A stretch of DNA of 64,000 bases from Rebecca billardiae RCC1528. Lineage: Eukaryota > Protista > Haptophyta. Positions 22,315 to 35,174 of this stretch are shown here, piece by piece (position 1 is the first letter of the stretch; every line of letters starts with the position of its first letter). Both the position numbers and the translations under genes were made by a program. Under the pieces are notes generated by a model. It was not told the origin of the DNA. It was given only the letters and a program-made list of their open reading frames with translations, and did not search any database. The stretch spans positions 1 to 64,000 of the forward strand of contig OZ251228.1 of assembly GCA_965240325.2 (NCBI GenBank), written 5' to 3'.

Positions 22315-22681
22315 ATGGAGCCGCCCCCCCAGCCGCCGGGGCCGGACCAGCCGCCGCCACCCGCGGAGGCGGCGCCGGGGGACGGCGGGGGCGCGGCGGG
22401 TGGCGGTGCTGGCGGGGCCGACTCGGCGTCCAGCGCCGAGCCCTGGGCCGCGTCGGTGCTCCGGCAGATCGGTGCGCGCGCGCCGCGGCGCGCGCGCGCC
22501 GCGCCCGCGCGCATGCGGCCGGGGCGGCGGCGCTCAGCGGCCGCGGCCGCCCGGCGGCGCGCGTGCGCAGGCCTCACGTTCCGCCGGGCGCGCGAGGCGA
22601 TCGTGCACATCGCCACCGCCGCCGACCGCGAGCTCGAGCCCGACGCGCCCGTCACCCTGCTGGGCGTGACGTACACGCCCT

Positions 22682-22715
<34 letters not shown>

Positions 22716-23963
22716 CTCCTCGCCGCCCGCGCCCGCGCCCGCGCCCGCGCCGTCCGGCGACGGCGACGGCGCGCCGCCGGCCGGCGGCGGCGGCGGCGAG
22801 GGCGGCGAGGAGGGCGACGGGCCGGACGGCGCGCTCGACTCGCTCCTCCTCGACTTCTACTCGCGCGCGTGGCTCACGTACCGCGTGGAGACCGAGCCGT
22901 TTGGCGACCGCGCCTCGCCCGCCGCGGCCGCGGCCGCGCGCGCGTTCGTCTCGGACGTGGGCTGGGGCTGCATGGTGCGCTCGGGGCAGATGCTGCTGGC
23001 GAACGCGCTGCTCACGCTGCACCTCGGCCGCGAGTGGCGCGCCTCGCGCACCCCGTCCGCCGCCGCGCCGGACGCGCCCGTGTTGGCGCTGTTTGCGGAC
23101 GTGCGCGCCGCGCCCTTCTCCCTGCAGCGCGTGACGGCGGAGGGCGAGGCGGCGCTCGGCACGCGCGTCGGGCAGTGGTACGGGCCCGCGGCGATCTGCG
23201 CGTCGCTCTCGAGGCTGCTCGGCGCAGTCGCGGCGGACGCGCCCTCGATGGCCACGGCGCGCGAGTACGTCGACCGCGTGCCCGAAGCGCGCCGCCTCGC
23301 CATGTGCGCGCGCGCCGCGCGCCGCGCCGCCGCGCCGCCGCGCCGATGCGTGCGGCGCCGCGCGCGCGCGCGCACGCGCGCGCGCTCACGCGCTCGCGCG
23401 CGGCGGGTGCGGCGGCTCGGGCGGCAGGCACGTGGCGATGGACGGCGTGGTGTGCCTCGACGACGTCGCCGCGTGCGCCGGCGCGGGCTGGCCCCGCGCC
23501 GTGCTGCTGCTCTGCCCGCTGCGGCTCGGGCTGCCCGCGCTGCACCGGCCGTACGCGCCGGCGCTCGCGCGGCTGCTGCGGCTCGAGCAGTGCGCGGGCA
23601 TGCTCGGCGGGCGGCCGCGGCGCAGCTTCTACTTCGTCGGCGTGCAGGGGAGCGCCGAGGACGCGCGCGTGCTCTACCTCGACCCGCACACGCACCAGCC
23701 CGCCCTCGGCTACGCCGCCGCCCCGCCGGGCGCGCGCTGGCCGCTCAGCTCGCAGGACGTGCGCAGCTGCCACTGCGAGCAGCTGCGGCTGCTGCCGCTC
23801 GTCGAGATCGACCCGTCGCTGGCGCTCGGCTTCCTGATCCGCAGCGCGCGCGAGCTGGACGAGTGGGCGGACGCGGCGCGCGCGATCTGCGCGGACGGGC
23901 CGCCCTTCCTCGCCTTCACGCAGAGCAGCCCGCCCGCCAACCACCCCGCACACCAACACGCGC

Positions 23964-23994
<31 letters not shown>

Positions 23995-24088
23995 ACCGGC
24001 GGCGGCCGGCGGCGCGCCCGCGGCCGACGCGGCCGAGCCGGGCAGCGCGGCCGAGGACGAGGAGGACGACGACATCGTCTTCGTGTAG
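22315..24088 (+). CDS. ATG4: Autophagy cysteine protease ATG4 (peptidase C54); introns 22472-22570 and 23304-23427
   Basis: DFYSRAWLTYR, SDVGWGCMVRSGQMLLA (catalytic Cys), GQWYGP, PLRLG, GGRPRRSFYFVG, YLDPH (Asp/His), IDPSLALGF, acidic C-terminal tail. Confidence 0.95.
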
Positions 24089-24404
24089 CCCGGGCGGGCC
24101 GAGCGCGCCGCCGCGCGCCGACCCGACGCCGCGCTGCTCGTCGGGCGCGCCAGCACTCACAGCCAGCACCTCGTCCGGGCGCACTCGGACACTCCGCTCG
24201 GGGGCGGGGGTCAGCGCGACCGAGGCGCGCCGGTGCGCGCCGACTGCGCACGGCTGCTGCTATCTACTACGCTATGTGAGCGCGGGCTGCTCCGGCTACT
24301 GTACCGCCAACGTGAGCCTGCGCGACCACGTACGATCGTCGCTGCAGTGACTCACCTCGCGCCCCATCCGTGATCACCCTTGATCGGCTGCGCTCGCGCG
24401 AGAC

Positions 24405-24626
<222 letters not shown>

Positions 24627-24812
24627 CAGATGATGATCATCATCGATCAGGCTACTGCATGAGACGTACGTAGCAGGGCTCATTGCGCTGCTGATGACGA
24701 TGATGCTGATGATGAAGATGAGGCGGCGATGATGATGCCGTGATGACCACCCGCGCGTGGCAGCACGACGGCACCGCGCGTAGCTACACAGTACTGACTA
24801 CGGAGCGTCAGT

Positions 24813-26260
24813 CGGCTCCGGCTCCGCCTCCGGTCCACCCCCTCCAGCTCCGTTACGTACGTCTTATTATTAGAGTCTTGGCCCGCGGGCCGCGAGCCGA
24901 AGTCAACCAAGCGGACCGCCATGCAGTCTCAGAGTCCCTTCCGACTACCCCCGACGATTGCTGATTGATTATTATTATTATAGACTTTATTATTAACGAC
25001 GACGAGGAATGTCGCATGCATCCGACCACCTCCCAATAGGTTCAGACTCTATTTTTACCCGTCCTTACTCAGCAGATTTCAGCACAGTCCGGGAGCGTTC
25101 CGGATACCTGTATACGACCCGTTGCACGGGTGAGTGACCGTAGGGCGGTGAAAATGCGACGTACCGGTGAAAATACGGTTTTGCAACTAGCGCTGGGCGA
25201 TGGCGGCCGGGCGCGACGAACCGAGCGGATTGGTGCACGGGGAATCCAATTCCCCGTGCACCAATCCAATCCGTTCGTCGCCAGGTGGTGCCGTTGCCGA
25301 GATCGAGCTGCAAAACCCTCAGCAGGTGGTCAAGAGAAGCCAAACGGGGAGGGCTGTCACAACGCGCGCGCCGCGGTGGGAAGAGCGAAGGGCTTGCCTC
25401 CCAACTGCAGCTTTGGCAGCGTTCCCTCTTGCGGCAGTGGAAGCCGACGACGAGGAGGATGACGACGCAACTGCTGACGACTGCTGCGAAGCAGCAGCGG
25501 TGACACTCTGCGGTGCACAGCTGCCACCGCGCGCGCCGCGCGACCGCGGACTCGGGTGATGGCGACAGCAGCACAGCAGTCCTCATGAAGACGATGAAGC
25601 TGCGTGCACGGGTGCGCGAGGTGGCAGGCGAAAGCGCGCCGACGAGACAGCACTTGACACGCCTGAGCGCACGCCCATGCTCGCTGAGCGCGAGCGCTGC
25701 AAGTGCAACTACAGTGCGGCAACTACAGTGCGCGCCGCGCTGCAAGTGGATGCAGGCTGTACTGCGGCGCTGCGTCCGCGGTCATCGTCTCTTCACTACT
25801 TGTCGACTGCTGCTGCGGCGGGCCGGGGGCACTACCCGGCACGCGCGGCGTAGCGCGCTAAACGGAAGGTGATGGTAGACGCACTGTCACGCTCCCGCCG
25901 CCGCCGCCGCCGCCGGCAAGACTATCGTCATCACTCTAGGCCGCAGAAGTGTCGTTTTTTCGGCGCTCACGCTTGCAACGGGTCATACATATGCGAAAAG
26001 CAATTTGAAAAGGGTAACCGGACTGGGTATTTATTTATAGCATAATAAGATATACTCTGAACCTATTATTGGCGGAGGTGTGGCTGATAGTGCTGCTGAT
26101 CCATCTAATGGCCGTAATGTCGTCCAAGGGACCGCCTGAGGTGGTCTAGGCGGCTAGCTTATTGTAGATCATCAGAGGCGGCGATCCCGCCGATTGCAGT
26201 GTCAGCAAGATGTAACGCTCCAGTGACCGGACTGGGGGGGGTGGACCGAAGCCGGAGCCC
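24813..26260. mobile_element. Decayed element with long (~250-bp) imperfect terminal inverted repeats (MULE/foldback-like, non-autonomous)
   Basis: Inverted matches: GGCTCCGG..CGGTCCACCCC..CCAG (24813-24850) vs 26225-26260; CCACCTCCCAATAGGTTCAGA (~25026-25046) vs TCTGAACCTATTATTGGCGGAGGTGTGG (~26056-26083); CAGTCCGG vs CCGGACTG. Confidence 0.6.
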
Positions 26261-27593
26261 GTCGTCATCCCTGATGATGATGCGCCGCGGCGAGTGATGC
26301 TGACGACATCAGCTCATATTCCTTCGCCTGCGCGCTTATTATTCTACCAATACGTACTATATATATATATATAGTGTATATATACTATATACACTATATA
26401 TAGTAGCAGCACTCGTACTACTACTGTACGTACTATATATATATACTACGACGTATAGCAGTACATATTATTAGATAGACGAGCATATGCATCACTGACG
26501 AGCAGTATACTCGAGATCGTCGTCGATGCTGTCGCCATTCGTCCGTGTTCGGCTTGATGCTGCGCCGTTCTTCAAGCTGCCGCCAGCATGGATGGACTGC
26601 GATGCGACCGTCTCCTCATCCAAGAGCCTCGAGCATGCCATACGACTCTGACACTTTATTTAGCGCTCCGGCCGGCGCGCATGCACCATCAAGTGCCAAT
26701 AACTGAGCAGTTGAGAGGTAGCCGCCGCCAGCTTTTCGACCCTCACCAACACGCGCTGGATGCGCATAGCAAGGTTGCCGCATACTCTGTGTGTTGCGTG
26801 TCTCCCCCCGCGACTGTTGCTGCGCGACGTGATGTGCAAGACCAGTCGCGCGCGTTCCATCAGGGCTGATGAATGGATGTGGCCGAGCGCAAGCACGCAC
26901 GCGCGAGTCGTAGGCTGCGAACGTCGTGTGCGGCCAGACGGCGACGTGCACGGTACGTATCCACCTTGCATTGCCTACCACTCTTCACATCACGCAGCCT
27001 GGGCCTCTTCCAGGCTGAGACCGCCTGCTCTCTGCCCTTTGACTCAGATGGCGCGTGAACGTGTGGCGCGGCTGCGCGATGTCGCGATTGGACGAGCTCA
27101 AGGGTGGTTGACTTTCGGTACATGCTACTCAAGCAGGAAGAGGCCGATCGAGGCGCGGAGTGGCGCGCTGCACCGCAACAGCGGGCATCGTGCAGCACGC
27201 GCCGGAGAGCGTGCGCCGCGACCGGCGCACGGCGGCGACGGCGCCATGTACGAAAGACGGGTGGACGAGGTCGCGTCCAAGGACCATCAAGTCCAGCAGT
27301 CGATGCAGTCGTAAGGCTCACGGTGGCCGAGGTTTGCCGCGCCATCCTTCATCGCACGCTCTCCGAAGGCGAAGAGAGACCTGGAAACTGGTTTGAACCC
27401 ACAGACACAGTCGTGACTCGTGGCGGCACTTGATCAGCAAATATCGTCATTGTCAGCATCACATCAGCAATAACCGCATCAGTACAGCGGCCGTGCAGCA
27501 CGGCCGCCGTACAGTATCGAGCTGTACGGCGGCCGTGCAGTATCAGGGCACGGCCGCCGTCCCGGACCGCCGGTCTCGGGGCTGTCGGCGTCG

Positions 27594-30500
27594 TCAAGCG
27601 GCCGAGCCGCGCTGCTCTGCCGCGCCGACAAAGATGGCGGAGCGCTGCTCAAACACGTCGTGCATCGCCGTGCGCACCGCCCTGTCCTCGCAGCCCATCA
27701 GCTCGACCAGCCGCGGGTAGAGCCGCGGCAGGTGCAGCACAAACTGAGCGCACGCGCACGCGCACGCGCCGCGCGGGCGCAGAGGCGGGCGGGCGCGTCA
27801 GTCAGCGGCGAGGCGAGGCGCGCGCGCGCGCGAGTCCGCGCGCGCGCGCGCGAAAGCGCACCTGCGCGTCCGTGAGCGAGAGCACGCCGCGCAGCAGCAG
27901 CACGGCGAGCGGCGCCAGCCTCGCGCACACGAGCCGCGCGACCGCCTCCGCGTGCCGCGCGGCCACCGCCGGGTGCTCGGACGCGGCCGAGCCGGCGGTG
28001 AGCGCGACCGCGGCCGCGTAGCCGTGCAGCACGCGCGCCAGCGTGTCGCGCACGCGGCCCTCGAGGCCGCACACGCTGTCGAGCAGCGCGGCCTGCTGCT
28101 CCGAGCGCTGCCGCTCGACGCTCAGCCGGCCGACCGCGCCCGCCTCGGCCGGCGCCACGTGGGGCACGTAGAGCGCCTGCGCACAGCGCGCGCACGGGCG
28201 GCCGCGGCTCAGGCGCGGCGCGGGCTGCGGCCGCGGCCGCGGCCGCGGCTGCGCTCGCGCGCGGCCGCGCGCGCGCGCGCACCAGCGTGGCGCGCCAGTA
28301 GGCGCCGACCGCCGCCGCCTCCGCGTCACAGAGCGAGCCCAGCCTGTGCATGGCCGCCTGCGAGGGCCGCCCCCCGCCCAGGCTCAGCGCCTGAGCGCGG
28401 CAGCGCGGCGCACGCGCGCGCGGGCGCGCGGGCGCGCGGCTCAGCGCGGGGGCGGGCGGCCGTGCGCGCGGGTGGGCGCGCGCGCGCGCCGCTCACCTGC
28501 GCGCACGCGTCCCTCGCGCGCGCCGCGTGCTCGGCGTTGGTGCGCAGCAGCTCGAGCAGCCCGAGCAGCACGTCAGGCGCCAGCGAGGCGCGCAGCCCCT
28601 CCACCACCTGGCGCGCACGCGCGCCACACGCGCGCGCACGCACACGCGGGCACACGGGGGCAGGGGCGGGCTCAGAGAAGCGCGGGCGCGGGCGAGGGCG
28701 CGCGCGCGCGAGAGGCGCGCGCGCGCCGCACCTCGCACGCGCAGCCGAGCAGAAAGCTCGGCAGCCCGCCGGGCAGCCCGGCGCGCACGGGCGCGGCGGC
28801 GCGCGCGGCGGCCGCGCCGCCGGCCGCGGCCGCGTCCGCCGCCGCGTCCGCCTCCTCCGCGGCGCGCGCGGTCTCGACGGCGGTGGTGAGCGCGGCGACG
28901 ACCTCCGACCACGTCCTGGCCGGCAGCTCGGGCGTGCACGCGACCAGCATGGCCGCCAGGCACTCCGCCGCCGCGTGCACGAGCTGCGGCTGCGCGCACG
29001 CCACGCAGCGCAGCAGCCAGCGCACCAGCGGCAGCGTGAGCGGCTGCAGCGCGCCCGCGTGCGCGATGAACAGCCCGAGCAGCCGCTGCAGCAGCTTGAG
29101 GCCCGTGCTGCACACCCACACGGCGTGCGCCTCGCGCGCGGCCGCGGCCGCGTCCGCCGCGTCCGCGACGGCCAGCGCCTCGAGCGCCGCCGCCGCGTCG
29201 TCGACGGCCGCGCCCGCCGGCGCGGCTTCGCCCGCGCCCCCGCCCGGCCCGCGCGCCGCCTCCGCCGCGGCGTGCGCGGGGCGCGGCTCCTCGTAGAGCG
29301 GCAGCAGCAGCTGGCTCACCAGCGCGCCCCACGCGGCCTCTGAGAGGCAGCCGATGCCGTGCGCGCGCAGCAGCTCGATCAGCGCGCCCAGCGCGGCGTC
29401 GCGCGTGCCCACGTCGCGCGGCGGGCGCAGCAGCTGCGTGAGCGCCGCGAGCAGCGGCCACCAGAGCGCGTCCGCCGCCGACGCCGCGCCCACAACCGCC
29501 GACGAGGCGGGCGGCGGCGGCGGCGGCGAGTCGGCCGCGCCGCCGCCGCTCGCCGCCGCCGCCGCGGCGGGCGCGCGCAGCTGGTGCGGCGGCAGCAGCG
29601 ACGCGGCGGGCGGCAGCTCGAGCGCGCGCTGGTGCGCGGGCGGCGGCTGCTGCTGCGCGCTGCCGCCGCCGCCGCCGCCGCCCTCCGCCGTTGCCGCGCC
29701 GCCGTGCAGCAGCTGCGCGCCGTCCGCCTCGAGCCCCTCGGGGTAGGGCAGCGCGCCCGCGAGCAGCTGCGCGGGCAGCTCGGCGCCGAGCGCGACCAGC
29801 GCCGCCGCGGCGGCGGTGGGCGCCTCAGCCTGCGCCACGTACGCGCGCACGCAGCCGACCGCCTCGAGGTAGGCGGCGCCCTCGCACACCGCGCCCATCC
29901 GCCCGCCGCCCACCGCGACCACCTCGGCGCACACGGCCCAGCCCAGCTCGACGATGGCGGCGTCCTCGTCCGCGGCGGCGGCGGAGAGCACGGCAAAGAG
30001 CGTGCGCCAGCCCGAGCGGATCCGCCCGCCGCGCGTCTGGATGAGGTGGCGCACGCACGCGACGACGAGCTCGCGCATGCGCGGCTCCGCGTGCGCGCCC
30101 ATCACCGCCTCGAACGGCCGGAGGAACGCCGACTGGAACGCGTACAGCGCGTGCTCCTCGCGCTCGAGGAAGGAGTTGGCGAGCTGCTTGAGCGAGTCCA
30201 CCGCGTACATGGCCACGCCCAGGTGCGGGTGGCACCCCACCGCGCCAAAGTGCGGCCCGAGCACGCCCCAGATGCGCGACCACACGAGCCGGATGCGCGC
30301 CATGTTGTAGTACGCGACCTCGACGATCTTCTGCAGCGAGAAGATGCGCGGCGAGCTCGGGTCGAGCAGCTCCTCGGCCGAGACCGCGCACAGGTTGACC
30401 ACAAAGTCGACGACCGCGTCCGCGTCCAGCTCGGCCGACGCGGAGAAGATGCGGTCGAGCGCGAGGTGGCCCTCGGCGAGCGAGCGGCCGCCGTTGGCGT

Positions 30501-33500
30501 GCGCGTGCGCGCCGCCGCCGCCGCGCACGCCGCCCGGCCCGAGCGCGCCCGCGCCCTGCAGCGCGCCCTCGGCGAGCGCCGAGTCGAGGTCGGAGAGGAA
30601 GGCGTGCGACGAGAGCGCGCCGTGCACCACGCGCGCGTTGTGCAGCTCGAGCTCGCGAGCCTCGCCGCCGCCGCCGCCGTCGGCGGCGGCGGCGCCTCCG
30701 CCGCCGCCGCCGCCGCCGCCGTCGTGCGGCGCGCGGTGCCGCAGCCGCGTCTGCTGCGTGATGTGCGGCGCGGCGAGCGCGCCCCACTGGCGCAGCGCGC
30801 GCGCGTCGGACGCGCGCGAGCCCGCGCGCGCGCCGACCGCGAGCACGTCCGCGTCGGACGCCGAGCCCTCGGCGAGCAGCGAGAGGCGGTGCAGCTCCGA
30901 GACGCACTTGAGCACGGGCGCCCAGCCCGCGCCCAGCGTGTTGCCCTCGCGCAGCGCGAGCGCGACCAGCACTTTCACCGCGTGCACGTGGCGCGGGTGC
31001 AGCCGCTCGTCCGCGTCGAGGCGCGTGAACTTGACGAGCGCGGCGAGGAAGGCGGCCTGCGGCGTGTGCAGCCCGCCGATGCACGCGAGGTGCAGCGCGT
31101 GCCCGATGCCGTCGAGCGCGGCGCGGCACGCGCCCTCGTCGCCGCCGTCGCCGTGCGCGCCGCCGCCGCCGCCGAGGCCGTCGGCGCCCTCGGCCTCGGC
31201 CGAGCCGCCGCCGCCCTCGTCGGCGCGGCCGCGCGGCGGCTCGTCCGCGCCGCCGTCGGCGGAGCCGTCGGACGCGGGCAGCCGGTCCGCCTGCGGGGCG
31301 GCGCGCGCGCGGGTGGGCGGTGGGCGCGCGTGAGACGGCGCCTCCCCCTACCCCCTGCCCCTCCCCCTACCCCCCGAGCCTAGGCGGGCGGTGGGCGCGC
31401 TTAGGCGCGTACCTCCTCGAGGAAGACGGAGAGCGCGGCGAGCAGCGGGCACCACAGCTGCTCGAACATGGGCACGACCGTGGCGGCGTGGTGCGCCGAG
31501 TAGTAGGCGACGCGCTTCTTCGACTGAGGCGGGGCGGGGAGCCGCACGGGCGGAGGAGCGGCTCAGGGCGGCGGGCCGCGGCGGGCGGGCGGGCGGGCGC
31601 GTCCGCGCGCGCGCGCGCGCGCACCTTTGCCTTGAAGAGCTCCTGCGAGCGCTGCACGGAGCGCTGCACCTCGTGCGACCACGCGGCCTCCTTGCGCCGC
31701 CGCCCGCCGAGCGCGCCGCCCGCCGCGAGCTCGGGCGGCGGCCCCTCGTCCTTCATCTTGATCTCGTTGTTCACGATGCGCGCGTAGAGCAGCTCGAGGA
31801 AGTCTGTGGGCAGGTCGTCGCTCCCGTTGATCCCGCGGTTGTTGCGCACGAACTGCTCCACCGTCATCTTGACCTTGATCTGCGCCGAGTGCGCGTCCGT
31901 GTTGAGCATGATGAGCGAGTACGCCAGCACGTACGCCGTGTCCGCCGACTCGAAGAGCCCCGGGTTGTTCTGGCAGTACCGCGCGGCGAACTTCTCCATC
32001 ATGCGGTCGATCTTCTGCGCCTCGCCCGGCAGCCGGAACCCCGCGAGGAAGTGCCGGATCCCGTCGTCAAAGTGCATGCCCGTGAAGTCGAGCGCGTCGA
32101 CGTACGCGTACAGCACCGCGCGGTTGAACTCGTCGGGCTCGCCGAGGTAGTCGCCGACCTGCGACTTGTCCAGCCCGGCGGTGCTCTGCAGGAAGTGCGC
32201 CACGCCCTGCGGCGACCACTCGATGTGGTTTGTCGCGCGCAGGTACTCCAGCCCCTTCTTCGGCTTGAGGTTGAAGCGCGCGATCCCCATGTGCAGCTCG
32301 CGCTTGTACTGCAGCGCCGCCTCGAACTGCGCGGGCGCGACGGACGCGGCGGCGACGAGCGCGCCGCCGGCCTCGGCGCCGTTCGGCGCGCCCGCCGCCG
32401 CCGCCTCCGCCGCGACCGCCGCGTCCGCCTCCGCCGCGAGCTGCGCCGCGTCGTAGGGCGGCAGCTCGCCGTGCGAGCCGCGGCGCGAGGCGGCGGCGGC
32501 GGCGCGCCGCCCGTCGTGCCGCGCGTGCGCGGACGAGTCGTCGTCGGTGGCGGCGGCGGCGGCGTCGACCGCCTCGAGCGCGGGCATCGTCGCCGCGGCC
32601 GAGACCGCCGCGCCGCGGTCGCGCGCGCCGTCCGCCCAGCGCGAGAGCGACGCCGCCATGCTGACGAGCGCGCGCACCGCGCCCCTGCGCAGCGCGTCGT
32701 GCTCGGGCGCAGACACGCCCGGCTCGGCGTGGCCCGCGCCGGGGGGCAGCTGCGCGAGCTTGGAGAGCGCGGCGGCGGTGCGCGCGTAGAGCGACGCGCC
32801 CTCCACGTCGCAGTCGTAGTTGACAAAGACGTCGACCAGCAGCTGCGGCGAGCGCACCACCTCGCGCACGCAGCCGAGCGTCGCGCCCTTCTGGCCGACC
32901 GACGAGTGCGGCGACTCGAGGAGCAGCAGCAGCACGTTGCCGTACACGACGCCCACCTCGTTCTTGAGGTGGTCGCGGAAGTGGTGCAGCACGCACAGGA
33001 AGAGCTGCAGCGAGAGCTGCAGCACGCGCACCACGGGGCACACGCCGTTCTTGGCGAGCGACACGCAGAGGTACTGCTTTACCGCGCCCAGGAAGCGCTC
33101 CCCGCGGCGGAACTGCAGCCCGGACGTGCGCAGAATGTCGACGAGGAGGGTGAGCGAGAGCAGCTTGGAGCGCAGGTCGATCGAGTCCTCGTCCAGCACG
33201 CCGTCGCCGCCCGCTGCGCGCGCGCGCGGCCGCGCGCGGGGGGCGGGGGGCGGCGACGGCGTGAGCGCGCGCGCGCGCGCGCGCGCTGGGGCGCGCGCGC
33301 TCACCGCCACCCGCCACGTCGTCGGGCAGCGGCTTCATCGAGAGCTTGCACAGCGCGCGCAGCACGAGGAAGGCGTCGCGCTGCGCGACCGACACCGCGC
33401 CGCCGCCCGAGAGCAGCGCGCGCTCGCCGCCGCCCGCCTCCGAGCCGTCGGCGCCGCCGCCCGCGCCGCCGCCCGCGCGCGCCGCGGCCGCGGCCGCGCC

Positions 33501-34710
33501 GGCGCGCACCGCGGCCGCCGCGGCCGGGTCGGCGTCGGGCGGCACGCTGGCGGCGGAGGGCTGCGAGCGCGACGACTCGGAGGGCTCGGAGGGCGGCCCC
33601 GACGCCGCCGCGCCCACGTCCACGACGAGCGCGCCGCCGCCCTCGCCCGCGCACGCCGGCGCGCCCTCTGCGGTGGGCGCGGCCGACGCCGAGTCGGCGG
33701 CGGAGAGCGCGCGGTGGCGGCACGCCATCAGCGGCGTGGCGAGCGCGGCGGGCGAGGCGAAGCCGTCGCGCGCGGAGAGCGCGCCCGCCGACGCCGAGCC
33801 GGGCAGCACCGCGCCCCCCGCGCCCGGCCGCGCGCCAAAGTCGACGCGCGCGAACACGGCGTGCAGCATCTGCGTGAGCCCGCCGTACGCGGCGCGGCGC
33901 ACGCCGTCCGAGGCGCCGACGAGGTGGAGGTGGTAGCACGTCTTGACGGCGAGGAGCAGCGTGGTGTCGTGCACGCCGCACTTCGGCGCGGTCACCGCCG
34001 CGAGCGCCACCTTGACCACGCACAGCTGCGGCGCCTCCTCGTCCACGTCCTTGCACGCGCACACAACCTCGATCACGCGCGCGCACAGGCTGGCGGGGCC
34101 GGCGGGGGCGGGGGCGGCGGGGGAGGGCTCGGCGCCGTCCTCGCCCGCCGGCGCGCCCGCGCCGCCGCCCTTCGCCGCGCGCGCCGCCGCGGGCAGCGCG
34201 CCCACGCTGCCCGGCGGCGGGTGCGGCTGCGCGGCCGGCGGCACAAAGCCGTACGCGACCAGCTTGTGCACGCACGAGAGCGCGTGCTCGACGAGGCGGG
34301 GGTGGGCGCTCTCGCACGCGAGCTGCAGCGGGCCGAGGTACACGGCGGTGATCGCGCCCACCGCCGCGTCGTCGTGCTCGTGCGCCTCCGAGGTGGCCGC
34401 CGCCTCGCCGTAGCCGCGCTCGCGCATCCACGCTGCGCGCGGCGCGCGGCGCGCGGCGCGCGGCGCGCGGAGGGAGCGGGGCGGGGTGAGCGGCGGCGGG
34501 CGCGGGGTGTGGGGCAGCAGCGCGCGCGCGCGCGCCGCGCCGCGCGCGCGGGTGCGCGCGCGCGTCGGTGCGGGCGCGCGCACGCGCGCGCGCACCGAGC
34601 ACGTCCGCACACATGGCGCGCACGGCGCCGTGGCGGCGGCCGGCGTCGTCGTGGATGCGCGTGAGCGCCTTCTTGACGAAGACGTGCATCGCGCGCGCCG
34701 AGTCGTCCAT
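27594..34710 (-). CDS. Brefeldin A-inhibited ARF guanine nucleotide exchange factor (BIG/Sec7 family), multi-exon
   Basis: DCB (PLQLACES..LVEHALSCVHKLVAYG), HUS (FVNYDCD), Sec7 domain (FNLKPKKG; FRLPGEAQKIDRMMEKFA; YSLIMLNTDAH), HDS (FSLQKIVEVAYYNMARIRLVWS; IRSGW); last exon FVLHLPRLYPRLVELM..*. Confidence 0.95.
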
Positions 34711-35174
34711 CGCGGCGGAGCGGCGCTCCCGTGCGCCTCCCCGCGGTCGCGAGCCGGCGCCGACGTGCGCTTGCGCTGATGCGCCGACTGCTGCTGCTGC
34801 TGGCTGGGCGCCGCCGATGAGCGGCGCAGTGGGGGCGCGGGCGCTGCCAGGATGGGCGCCGGCGCGACGTGTCCGGTGCTTGGGCCCGGGCTGTGAGTGA
34901 TGAGCAGCGCACTCGTCAATGCCCGCGCTTGACGTCATCTGCCCGACTGTCCGCGACTCGTGTCTGACTGACAAGTGACATGACACTTTCTGTCACTACT
35001 GCTGACTATGATGACAGCACCGTCATGCTGCCTTGACTGCTGTCTTGTTCGGCATGCCGCTGTTGCATGGCCGTCATCATCTCCGCCTGAGGACCGAGTT
35101 GAGAGTGGCGGCACATGCCGACGGCCACGCGGGTCCCAGCTCAGCAGCTGAGCAGCCAGCAGCCCTCACTGCCC

